A program made the translations under genes and the position numbers. From NCBI GenBank assembly GCA_963745235.1, contig CAVUXE010000053.1, forward strand, positions 192,001 through 256,000: a stretch of 64,000 bases of DNA, in the 5' to 3' direction. The notes under the pieces are model-generated. The model was not told the origin of the DNA, did no database searches, and saw nothing but the letters and a program-made list of their open reading frames with translations. This DNA is from an uncultured Spirochaetota bacterium. GTDB taxonomy: Bacteria > Spirochaetota > Spirochaetia > SZUA-6 > Fen-1364. This document shows, in pieces, positions 1-8,895 of this stretch. How positions within the stretch are numbered: position 1 is the stretch's first letter; each line of letters opens with the position of its first letter.

Positions 1-2
1 AG

Positions 3-27
3 CCGGGGCGGAGCTTCCCGCCCCGGG
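3..27. repeat. GC-rich inverted repeat (hairpin) upstream of trtA
   Basis: ccggggcgg-agcttc-ccgccccgg stem; no U-tract. Confidence 0.4.
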
Positions 28-41
28 CAAAGCAGGGTATC

Positions 42-716
42 ATGGAAACCATAAACGCACGCCCCTATGGCTTTGCCTTCGAACCGGCCTCTACGGCCCT
101 CCTGCTCATCGATTTCCAGAGGGACTTCCTGGAGGAGGGCGGGTTCGGTTCCAGCTTGGGGAACGACGTGTCGCTGCTGCGGGCGGCCTTGGTCCCCGCG
201 AGGAAGGTGCTGGACGCCGCCAGGGCTGCGAGTCTCTTCGTGGTTCACACGCGTGAAGGCCATCGGCCTGATCTCGCAGACGCCCCGCAGGCGAAGCTTC
301 GTCGGGGAAACGCCCCCCTGAGAATAGGGGAGCGGGGGGCCCTGGGACGGCTCCTGGTGCGGGGCGAACCGGGCCACGGAATCGTCGCTGAGGTGGCCCC
401 CCGGGAGGGTGAGCCGGTGATCGACAAACCGGGCAAGGGGGCGTTCTATGCCACCGATCTGGACACCCTCCTGCGGGTGAGGGGAATCCGTTTCCTCCTG
501 GTCGCGGGGGTGACCACCGAGGTGTGCGTCCATTCGACCGTCCGGGAGGCCAACGACCGCGGTTTGGACTGCCTGGTTGTGGAGGATGCCGTGGCCTCGT
601 ACTTTCCCGAGTTCCAGCGGGTGGCCCTCGAGATGATCCGGGCCCAGGGAGGCATCTTCGGATGGACGGCCCCTGCCTCCTCCGTGGTCTCGGCCTTGGC
701 CGGGGCTTCCCAGTGA
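42..716 (+). CDS. trtA: Triuret hydrolase (isochorismatase-like cysteine hydrolase)
   Basis: D24-K129-C162 triad (IDFQRDF, KPGKGAF, TTEVCV). F35, L39, N41, E160, Y187 and I205 match the TrtA-type signature as I recall it, not the BiuH type. Adjacent to atzF. Confidence 0.85.
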   Translation: METINARPYGFAFEPASTALLLIDFQRDFLEEGGFGSSLGNDVSLLRAALVPARKVLDAARAASLFVVHTREGHRPDLADAPQAKLRRGNAPLRIGERGALGRLLVRGEPGHGIVAEVAPREGEPVIDKPGKGAFYATDLDTLLRVRGIRFLLVAGVTTEVCVHSTVREANDRGLDCLVVEDAVASYFPEFQRVALEMIRAQGGIFGWTAPASSVVSALAGASQ

Positions 717-783
717 CGGGACGGCGGGCTGCTTTCATCGGTGGGGCCAGCGGGCCCACAATCCTGCCAAAAGGAGATTTCAA

Positions 784-2472
784 ATGAGCTTGCCGAACTC
801 TTCCTTCGCGCCCCTCGACTTCGACGGCTGGCGGGCTCTCGACCCGGAGGAACGGGCGCGTCGCCCGGGGACTGCCGCCCCCGGCGATCCCGCCTGGATT
901 GTCCCTCCTGAAAAGTTTCCGGCCCGGGAAGGAGGTGAGGGCGGTTCCCTGGCGGACCTGGCTTTCGCTGTGAAAGACAACATCGACGTTCGGGGGGTCC
1001 CGACTACCGTCGCTTGCCCCGAGTTCGCCTATCTGCCCGACCGGGATGCGGAGGTAGTCCGGAGGCTTGTCGAGGCCGGGGCGCGGATAGTGGGCAAGAC
1101 AAATCTGGATCAATTCGCCACTGGGCTCGTCGGCACCCGATCCCCGTACGGCGTGGTACCGAACGTCCACAACCCCGCTTATGTCTCCGGGGGGTCGAGC
1201 TCGGGATCTGCGTCACTGGTGGCACGGGGCCTGGTGCCTTTGGCCCTGGGCACCGACACGGCAGGGTCGGGCAGGGTCCCCGCGGGCCTGAACGGCATTG
1301 TCGGCCTCAAGCCGACGCGCGGCTGGTTCAGCTTCCGGGGGGTGTTCCCGGCTTGTCGCAGCCTGGACTGTGTGTCCATCCTCACGGCCCGAGTCCGGGA
1401 CGCCGCGCTTGTTGCATGGGTACTGGGCGGGTTCGACCCGGAGGACCCCTACGCCCGGTCCCGGCCGCCGAGGGAAGGTTTCTCCGTCCCGCACCGGCGC
1501 CTGGCCGTCCCATCCACTCTCCCGTGGTTCGGCGACGACCTTCAGTCTCGCGCCTGGGACGAGGCTCTGGTCCGTTGGAAGGCCCTGGGGTATGCCCTCG
1601 TGTCCGTCGATCCCCAGCCGCTCTTCGCCATGGCCGCCCTTCTCTACGAAGGCCCCTGGGTCGCCGAGCGGGTCAACGCCTTGCGGGGGTTCTACCCGGC
1701 TCGGGCGGACCAGATCCATCCTGTGGTCCGGACCATCCTCGATGGAGCGGCCCGCTTCGATGCCGCCTCCGCATTCTGGGCAGAGGACCGCCGCCGGGAG
1801 CTGGCCCGGACAATCGCGGGGCTCTGGGAAGGGTGCGACGCCTTGCTCGTCCCGGCGGTCCCGACCGTCTACACGATCCAGGAAGTCCTGGCCGACCCCC
1901 TGGTGACCAACGCCCGGCTGGGGACCTGGACCAACTTCGTCAATCTCGCCGACCTCTGCGCCCTGGTCGTCCCTGCCGGGACACGGGCCGACGGCCTGCC
2001 CTTCGGGGTCACCCTTCTCGGCCAGGCCTGGGAGGACGATCGGCTCGCAGCTCTCGGGGAGGAGTGGGAGCGCTGGTCCGACGAGGTGATGGTGGCGGTG
2101 GCTGGGGCTCACCTGTCAGGGCTTCCGTTGAACCCCCGGCTCACGCGGCGCGGCGCGCGCCTGGTTGGACCGGCCCGGACCTCGGCTCGGTACCGGCTGC
2201 ACGCGCTGGAGGACCAGTCAACGCCCAGGCCCGGCCTGGTCCGGGTGGCCAAGGGGGGCGCTGCCGTGGCGGTCGAAGTCTGGGCCCTTCCCCGGGCGGC
2301 CTACGGGGCCTTCGTCGCCGAGGTGGCGCCGCCGTTGAGCATTGGCACTCTGGAGCTGGAAGATGGCAGGCAGGTCCAGGGGTTCCTCTGCGAAGCCTGG
2401 GCAACCGATGGCCATCGGGACATCACCGAGTGGGGCGGCTGGAAGGCCTGGCTGGCCTCACGGGAACTGTGA
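784..2472 (+). CDS. atzF: Allophanate hydrolase
   Basis: Amidase signature (VKDNID, GKTNLDQFATGLVGTRSPYG, GGSSSGS, GTDTAGSGRVPA) plus the C-terminal AtzF domain (GAHLSGLPLN...GFLCE...DITEWGGW). Confidence 0.93.
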   Translation: MSLPNSSFAPLDFDGWRALDPEERARRPGTAAPGDPAWIVPPEKFPAREGGEGGSLADLAFAVKDNIDVRGVPTTVACPEFAYLPDRDAEVVRRLVEAGARIVGKTNLDQFATGLVGTRSPYGVVPNVHNPAYVSGGSSSGSASLVARGLVPLALGTDTAGSGRVPAGLNGIVGLKPTRGWFSFRGVFPACRSLDCVSILTARVRDAALVAWVLGGFDPEDPYARSRPPREGFSVPHRRLAVPSTLPWFGDDLQSRAWDEALVRWKALGYALVSVDPQPLFAMAALLYEGPWVAERVNALRGFYPARADQIHPVVRTILDGAARFDAASAFWAEDRRRELARTIAGLWEGCDALLVPAVPTVYTIQEVLADPLVTNARLGTWTNFVNLADLCALVVPAGTRADGLPFGVTLLGQAWEDDRLAALGEEWERWSDEVMVAVAGAHLSGLPLNPRLTRRGARLVGPARTSARYRLHALEDQSTPRPGLVRVAKGGAAVAVEVWALPRAAYGAFVAEVAPPLSIGTLELEDGRQVQGFLCEAWATDGHRDITEWGGWKAWLASREL

Positions 2473-2531
2473 ACAGTCCCGGGTCTGGACCGGTGCATAT
2501 CTCCGATGAAGCCGCGGAGGCGCTTCCGCTG

Positions 2532-3407
2532 CTATCTTCGCGACAAAGCGGGCGCAAGGATTTCCCGCGCAAACTGCTCGATTGAACGGGCCGGGTGCCC
2601 GGCGAGCTTCTTGACGTCCTCCGTAACGAAGTCTCCCCAGCCGCTCCCATAGGCTGCGCTGTAGTCACGCATCACTCCCGCAGCCCACTCTCCCCAGCCC
2701 ATCTTGCGTATGTTTTCGGCAACGGCTTCCGACGGGATCGGGATGTATTTCACAGGGCGGCCGAGTGCGGCCGTGAAAGCCTGTGCTACCGTATGCCAGG
2801 TGATGCTTGCTGGTCCTGTCAGCGAATAGGTCTTGCCCGCGTGGCTCCTGTCAAGGAGAGCCTTCGCAGCCGCGTCAGCGATGTCGCGCACGTCTATCAT
2901 GGCGAGCTTTGCTTCGCCCATGCCCTGGTAGAAAACGCCATCTGACCCGATGGTCTGGAGGGAACCGAAAATGTTCTGCATGAAATAGTGCGGCCTGAGA
3001 TATACCACGGGCAGACCCGATTCCTTGAGGTCTTTCTCCGTCTGGCCGTGTGAGCGGGTGTTGGCGGTCGGCGCATCAGGTCCGGCTTTGATTACAGATA
3101 GCCGCACCACGTAGGGGCTGCCCGCCTTCTTTGCGGCCGCTATGGCATTACGCGCAAGCGCGTCCGCCCTTTCCCCGAACGGCGTGAGGAGAAACAGGGC
3201 AGAAATCCCATCGAAGGCCTTCTGAAGCGAGCCGGGGTTGTCAAGGTCACCGACGACTACCTCAGCTCCCTTGTCCGAAAGCGCCTTTGCCTTGTCCGCG
3301 CTGTGAACGAGGGCACGTACTTTGGAACCGCTTGCAATCAGTTGGGGAATAACGAGGCTCGAAATGTTCCCCGTTGCGCCTGTCACGAGAATTGGTTTGT
3401 CACTCAT
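2532..3407 (-). CDS. NmrA-like / atypical SDR NAD(P)-binding oxidoreductase
   Basis: ILVTGATGNI Rossmann motif, LRPHYFMQN, IDVRDIA, YSLTGP. Confidence 0.88.
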   Translation of the reverse strand: MSDKPILVTGATGNISSLVIPQLIASGSKVRALVHSADKAKALSDKGAEVVVGDLDNPGSLQKAFDGISALFLLTPFGERADALARNAIAAAKKAGSPYVVRLSVIKAGPDAPTANTRSHGQTEKDLKESGLPVVYLRPHYFMQNIFGSLQTIGSDGVFYQGMGEAKLAMIDVRDIADAAAKALLDRSHAGKTYSLTGPASITWHTVAQAFTAALGRPVKYIPIPSEAVAENIRKMGWGEWAAGVMRDYSAAYGSGWGDFVTEDVKKLAGHPARSIEQFAREILAPALSRR

Positions 3408-3668
3408 AGAATGAATGTAAGCAGCAAGTCGGAGATCGCCAAGATTGTCTCTGACAGGGCCTTACGATTTCAACGATTTCCCGCCAAAGTCGCCCGATAA
3501 GCATTACCTTCTCTAGAGTAATCGATGCGAAGTGCTTTCAGTCATCGCGGTATCACCTTCGTCGCTTGCATGTAGTCGAACCGCGGATGTTGAGAATCCG
3601 CCCAAACGGCCAGCCCCCAAAGCAACACGACGACCGCCAAAGGCATCTCCCATTGGAGGAGTCTCAAT

Positions 3669-4763
3669 ATGAAACGAGCAGTGGTCACCCACGTGTTGAT
3701 ATCCGGGGTAGTGCTTGTGGCGATAGTTATTGGCTTCCTGGCTTGGGTCTTCATTTTCCCCACGAGGTTTCCGGCACGTACGGTCTCGGATATTTCAACG
3801 ACCGTAATTCCCCGCTCGACGATTGACCAGTCGCACGTCCAATACCTTGATGCAACCGACGGAATACGCCTGGCGTATCGTGCCTACGTTCCCACAAATC
3901 CCGTCGCAATAGTAGTTTTCTATCATGGGTCCGGTGCAAATAGCGGAGCGGGCTACGTTCCGATCGGAGAAACTCTGAGCCAGCGTTACGACATCGCGAC
4001 GTATCTTCCCGATATCCGTGGCCATGGGTTGTCTGGCGGCGATCGCGGAGACACTCCTACCGTTCAACAGATTTACACCGACGCAACCTCCTTGATTCAA
4101 GGCATACGGAGGCAATATCCGACGACGCCTTTGTTCCTGGGGGGACATTCCGCTGGTGCTGGCCTTGTAATAGACTATGCCAATAGCCCAAATCATGAGC
4201 TTGTAACTGGATATCTGTTCGTCTGTCCTGACTTTGGGCGAAAATCCAATACGGTGAGATTACAGGGACCGAGCAGCTTCATATCGGTAATCACGAAACC
4301 CTTTGTCGTCAACGCAATAACTCGTGGTTTGTTGATGGCCCATACCTACGCTCTCCGATTCAATTATTCCAAAGAGGCATTGCAATCCGGGGCCGGGTTG
4401 ATTCAATACAATACCGTTGACATGGCTTTGGCTCTCAACCCACAAAAGCCGGGTCACGAGCTGGCGGCGATTGATCGCCCTTTTGGCCTTTGGATTGGGG
4501 CGAATGACGAGGTGATGTATCCGGACAGAATCGTAGCGTACGCGCAACATGCAACGAGAGTCATTTCAATATCTCAGGTGGAAATTGTTCCCGGCGAAAC
4601 ACATCTGTCGATCCTGAGTTCCATAGCTTCGAGAATTGGACCATGGGTCAAGGACCATGCAATTGCAAGGACACTCCCGAGTTCTCCTATGACCGATCTC
4701 ATTTCACACGGGAGTTCAAGAGCTTCACCGGATGCTCTCCGCGCGCTTGCCTCGACACCGTGA
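3669..4763 (+). CDS. Membrane-anchored alpha/beta hydrolase (lysophospholipase-like)
   Basis: N-terminal TM helix, YHGSG, DIRGHGLSGG, GHSAG nucleophile elbow, late Asp and His (NDEV, ETHL). Confidence 0.82.
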   Translation: MKRAVVTHVLISGVVLVAIVIGFLAWVFIFPTRFPARTVSDISTTVIPRSTIDQSHVQYLDATDGIRLAYRAYVPTNPVAIVVFYHGSGANSGAGYVPIGETLSQRYDIATYLPDIRGHGLSGGDRGDTPTVQQIYTDATSLIQGIRRQYPTTPLFLGGHSAGAGLVIDYANSPNHELVTGYLFVCPDFGRKSNTVRLQGPSSFISVITKPFVVNAITRGLLMAHTYALRFNYSKEALQSGAGLIQYNTVDMALALNPQKPGHELAAIDRPFGLWIGANDEVMYPDRIVAYAQHATRVISISQVEIVPGETHLSILSSIASRIGPWVKDHAIARTLPSSPMTDLISHGSSRASPDALRALASTP

Positions 4764-5070
4764 ACTGTCCATAACGCCGTTCGAACCCCGTTGCTTCGGA
4801 TGAGCGTCCTGATGACCTCAACCGAATACCCCTCGCCATGCAGCCTTCTGTGCAGAGGTGCTTGCCATGCAACTGTGGACACGACTACGGCGAGGTCAAA
4901 GGGCAACGGCAAGGGCCGCCGACCATAGCGTTCTGCCCTAGAGCGCGATTGCGAGCAGCATGGCAGGCGGGAGACTCATGGGGGAACGAGGTGGTTGACG
5001 CCGCGACGAGGGGACTTTGACAAATATGGCAATTACAGCAATTCTTCTGAAATCGAGAGGAGGTTCGGAA

Positions 5071-6117
5071 ATGAAGAGAGGAGTTCTCGCAGTGCTGCTT
5101 CTGGGGGCTGTCTTGTTCAGCGCCGCCGCAGAGACGCGGACGCTGACCGTTGCCAACTGGAAGGGCTACGGGTCGGATTCCGCCTATGGAGCGGTGGTAT
5201 TCGAGAAGATGTACAACGTCAAAGTGGTGCATCAGTATTTCACTTCGCTGGAAGAGATGCTGACAATGCTGAGAGCCGGCGGGATGGGCAAGATCGACGT
5301 CCTCCTTCCCAACTCGGCATTCGTGAAGGTTGCCGTGGATGAAGGGCTCGTCCAGGCCATCGATACGTCGAAGATCAGCAGCTACGGCGACATCCTGAAA
5401 TCCCTGCGCGAGTTTCCGGACGCCATTGGCCCCGACGGGAAGGTCTACGCGGTGCCCTGGACGTGGGGCACGACATCCCTGGGGTACAACCCGAAGTTCG
5501 TGAAGGATGCCCCGACCTCATGGGCGGCCCTCTGGGACCCCAGGTACGCGGGAAAGGTGGGCTTTTTCGACGACTATGACACCGCCATCCGTACCGCGGC
5601 CCTTTACCTCGGCCTGGATCCGCAGAATCCAGATCTCGGCAAAGTGAAGGACGCGCTGCTCGCGCTGAAGAAGAACACGCGCACCTATTGGGCCAGCTAC
5701 GACGACTTCCTCAAGCCCTATGCCGCGGAAGAGATCGTGATCGGAAACATGTGGGCAGGCCTGGCCACCAAGCTGACGAATGCAAAGCAGCCCGTGGTCT
5801 ATGTTCATCCGCGCGAAGGCACGATCGGGTGGACCGATTTCTGGGCCATTGCGAAGGATGCTCCCCAGTACGACCTGGCGTGCAAGTGGATCGATTTCAT
5901 GGTCGGGGAGAAGTTTCAGCTCGCCTGGGCGACGGACAAGGACAACGCCCACTGCACCGTCAACACACGCGTCATGGGCAAGCTGACCGACAGTCAGAAG
6001 AGGGCCATCTGGATCTATCCCAATCCACCTGCCAAGCTGGCCATGCAGCAGTCGATGAACCAGGACCAGCGGCAGGCATGGCTTGATCTGTGGAATGAGG
6101 TGAAGGCCAGCCAGTAA
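5071..6117 (+). CDS. ABC transporter substrate-binding protein, PotD/PotF (polyamine/opine) family
   Basis: GGAGG RBS, signal peptide, YAVPWTWGTTSLGYN, PTSWAALWDP, PREGTIGWTD. Confidence 0.85.
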   Translation: MKRGVLAVLLLGAVLFSAAAETRTLTVANWKGYGSDSAYGAVVFEKMYNVKVVHQYFTSLEEMLTMLRAGGMGKIDVLLPNSAFVKVAVDEGLVQAIDTSKISSYGDILKSLREFPDAIGPDGKVYAVPWTWGTTSLGYNPKFVKDAPTSWAALWDPRYAGKVGFFDDYDTAIRTAALYLGLDPQNPDLGKVKDALLALKKNTRTYWASYDDFLKPYAAEEIVIGNMWAGLATKLTNAKQPVVYVHPREGTIGWTDFWAIAKDAPQYDLACKWIDFMVGEKFQLAWATDKDNAHCTVNTRVMGKLTDSQKRAIWIYPNPPAKLAMQQSMNQDQRQAWLDLWNEVKASQ

Positions 6118-6127
6118 GGACCTCGGA

Positions 6128-7009
6128 ATGCCGTCCAAGAGAAGAGAATGGAAGCGGGAAGGGCTCCTGGCCTTGCCCGCTTCTCTGATGTTTCTCCTCC
6201 TGTCCGTCGTACCGCTCAGCATGCTGGTCCTTTTCAGCTTCATCCGGGGCAACATCCGCCTTGATGGAAGGATTCCCGGCTACACTCTGGGAAATCTTTC
6301 AAAGATGTTTTCCTCCCCGATATTTCCCTTCCTCATGCTCAAGTCGGTGGTCATTGGCCTGCTGGTTACCGTCATATGCGTCGTCATTGCCTACCCCACT
6401 GCGTGGGGCATTGCCAAGGTTGTCAGGCCCCGAAACCGGAATACTCTCGTGATGCTGGCCATCATTCCCTTTTTCACCAACCAGCTGCTTCTCATCTATG
6501 CGATGATGGTGATCCTGCAGGCGAAGGGCATTCTGATGAGCGCTCTTGGCGCCTTCGGGGTCGCGGACCCGAGGACGTCCATCCTGTACTCCACGCCGGC
6601 AGTGGTGATCATTCTTGTCTACGAATACCTGCCGTACATGATCCTCAGCCTCTATACCTCCCTGGAGGGGATCGGGGAGAACCTTATTGCCGCTTCCCGT
6701 TCCCTGGGCGCCGGGAAGGTGCGGACGTTTCTCAACGTCGTCTTCCCCATGAGCCTGCCGGGCCTCCTTTCCGGGATCATGCTTGTGCTGGTCCCCGTCA
6801 CGGGCAGCTTCGTCGAACCCACGCTGGTAGGCGGTCCGAACGGGATGATGGTTGGATCCTTGATCAATTCCCAATTCACGACCGTGTTGAACATGGGATA
6901 TGGCGCCGGCCTGTCCTTTGTTTTCCTCCTCATTATCAGCGCGATCATGGCGGTCATCCGCGGGCTAGCCGCATGGACGAACAGGAGAATCGGAGGGGAC
7001 GCGGCATGA
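6128..7009 (+). CDS. ABC permease, PotB-like
   Basis: About 6 TM helices; LPYMILSLY...AASRSLGA EAA loop; PMSLPG. Confidence 0.88.
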   Translation: MPSKRREWKREGLLALPASLMFLLLSVVPLSMLVLFSFIRGNIRLDGRIPGYTLGNLSKMFSSPIFPFLMLKSVVIGLLVTVICVVIAYPTAWGIAKVVRPRNRNTLVMLAIIPFFTNQLLLIYAMMVILQAKGILMSALGAFGVADPRTSILYSTPAVVIILVYEYLPYMILSLYTSLEGIGENLIAASRSLGAGKVRTFLNVVFPMSLPGLLSGIMLVLVPVTGSFVEPTLVGGPNGMMVGSLINSQFTTVLNMGYGAGLSFVFLLIISAIMAVIRGLAAWTNRRIGGDAA

Positions 7010-7794
7010 GGAAAGAGCATCATGTCGGCATCAGGATATGGATGTCCGTCACGTACGCAGCTCTTTTTTGTCCCCTCGTCGTGATCATCATCATGTCTTT
7101 CAACGGGACCAACTACGGGATGCTGCCCTTCGCCTTCACGGTCGACTGGTATCGGTACCTGTTCACACAAAGCGAGCTGTTCCCGGCGACGTGGCTTTCG
7201 CTTCGGCTTTCCACAATCGTCTGCTTGAGCGCGGTCATTGTGGGAATGCTCACGGCGCTCGGCGTTCAATACCTTCCCCGTCCTATTGCCCGCCGCTTCA
7301 TCGTGGTCTCCCAGCTCCCCATCGTGATCCCCTGGCTCGTCCAGGCCATTGCGCTTCTGCTTCTCTTCAATTTCCTTGGCGTCGGGCGCTCCTTCCTCTC
7401 CCTCTACTTGGGGAACCTCATCGTCGCGCTTCCGTACGTCATCATGATGGTCGCGGGCAGGTTCGCGGACGCCGACAGGACTCCAGAGGACGCCGCGAGG
7501 ATGCTCGGGGCAGGGCCGGTGCGGGTATTCGTCGACATCCTGCTCCCGATGCTGTTTCCAGGCATACTCTCGGGTGCGCTGATGTCATTCATTGTCTGCT
7601 TCAACGCCTTTTGCATGCAGTATTTCCTTTCACCCTTTGGAGTCAGAACGCTGCCCCTGGAGATCTTCACGCTGGTCCGTACAGGCTACAAGCCGGACAT
7701 GAACGCACTTGCAACTCTCCTGGTGGTCCTGTCCACTGTTCTCGTTGTGCTCTTGAACAGGCTGGGGTACTCCGCGAAGAAGATGTTTGGATGA
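7006..7794 (+). CDS. ABC permease, PotC-like
   Basis: ATGA overlap with the upstream stop; SFN, FTVDWY, EDAARMLGA EAA loop, TLPLEIF. Confidence 0.88.
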   Translation: MRKEHHVGIRIWMSVTYAALFCPLVVIIIMSFNGTNYGMLPFAFTVDWYRYLFTQSELFPATWLSLRLSTIVCLSAVIVGMLTALGVQYLPRPIARRFIVVSQLPIVIPWLVQAIALLLLFNFLGVGRSFLSLYLGNLIVALPYVIMMVAGRFADADRTPEDAARMLGAGPVRVFVDILLPMLFPGILSGALMSFIVCFNAFCMQYFLSPFGVRTLPLEIFTLVRTGYKPDMNALATLLVVLSTVLVVLLNRLGYSAKKMFG

Positions 7795-7815
7795 GGCCAG
7801 GGAGGGGCGTAGAGA

Positions 7816-8877
7816 TTGCCTGACTTGCTTGTGAAAGACCTGCGAAAGTCCTTCGGCGACACCACGGTGCTTTTTGGCGTTTCCTTTCAGGTCAGCAATG
7901 GAGAGTTTCTCTCCCTTCTGGGTCCATCAGGATGCGGGAAGACGACCATCCTCAGGATAATCAACGGCCTGGAGCCTCCGGACTCCGGCTCGGTGAGCGT
8001 CGACGGCAGGGATATCACCCGACTGCCTCCCGAGAAACGGAGGATCGGAATGGTCTTCCAGAACTACGCGCTGTTCCCGACCATGACGGTTTTCAACAAC
8101 ATCGCCTATGGCCTCAAGATACGCCGCATGAGCCGGACGTCGATCCGGGAAAAGGTGGGGTGGGCCCTCAAGCTGGTTGCGCTGGAAGGTCTGGGGGATC
8201 GGAAGGTCACAAGGCTCTCTGGAGGACAGCAACAAAGGGTCGCGCTTGCTCGCGCTCTTGTCATCGAACCTGACATTCTGCTGCTGGACGAGCCCCTGTC
8301 CGCGCTCGATCGCAAGATCCGTGGGGAGATGCAGTACGAGCTGAAGACGATCCAGCAAAAAGTCGGGATTACCACCGTATTCGTCACACACGACCAGGAA
8401 GAGGCGTTGACAATGTCGGACCGGGTAATCCTGATGAGGGGTGGCACCGTTGAGCAGGAGTCCGATCCATGGACCATTTACAATCACCCGGTAAGCATCT
8501 TTGCCTCGGATTTCCTGGGCAAATCGAATATCCTGGATGCAACGCTGGAGCAGCGGCCTGATGCATGGCACGTCGTGGGAGAGGGGTGGGATTTCCCCGT
8601 CACGTACCGCGGAGGAAACGCGGGGGACCGGGTCAGTGTGGCGGTGCGTGGTGAGCATTTTGTGCTGAAGACAGACCCGGACGCCGGCGGGAGTCCCTTT
8701 GTCATCGAGAAAAAAATCTTCACCGGACCGATCTGCAAGCTCATGGGCTCCCTTGGGCGGCAGCCGGTGGAGCTGGCAACCCTCAGCGCGCAGGCAGAAA
8801 GGTATTCCGTCGGTGACACGCTTTACGTGCGGCCGTCCTTGGAAACGACGCTGTATTTCCCTCGTTCGCGGAAGTAG
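7816..8877 (+). CDS. ABC ATP-binding protein, PotA-like
   Basis: GPSGCGKT, LSGGQQQRVALARAL, LLLDEP, FVTHDQEEA. Confidence 0.93.
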   Translation: MPDLLVKDLRKSFGDTTVLFGVSFQVSNGEFLSLLGPSGCGKTTILRIINGLEPPDSGSVSVDGRDITRLPPEKRRIGMVFQNYALFPTMTVFNNIAYGLKIRRMSRTSIREKVGWALKLVALEGLGDRKVTRLSGGQQQRVALARALVIEPDILLLDEPLSALDRKIRGEMQYELKTIQQKVGITTVFVTHDQEEALTMSDRVILMRGGTVEQESDPWTIYNHPVSIFASDFLGKSNILDATLEQRPDAWHVVGEGWDFPVTYRGGNAGDRVSVAVRGEHFVLKTDPDAGGSPFVIEKKIFTGPICKLMGSLGRQPVELATLSAQAERYSVGDTLYVRPSLETTLYFPRSRK

Positions 8878-8895
8878 GACACGGAGGTGACGGGA

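Noticed and set aside
1014-2585. 523-aa alternative-frame ORF overlapping atzF
   Set aside because: R/P/G-rich shadow of high-GC coding sequence with no motifs; atzF explains the region.
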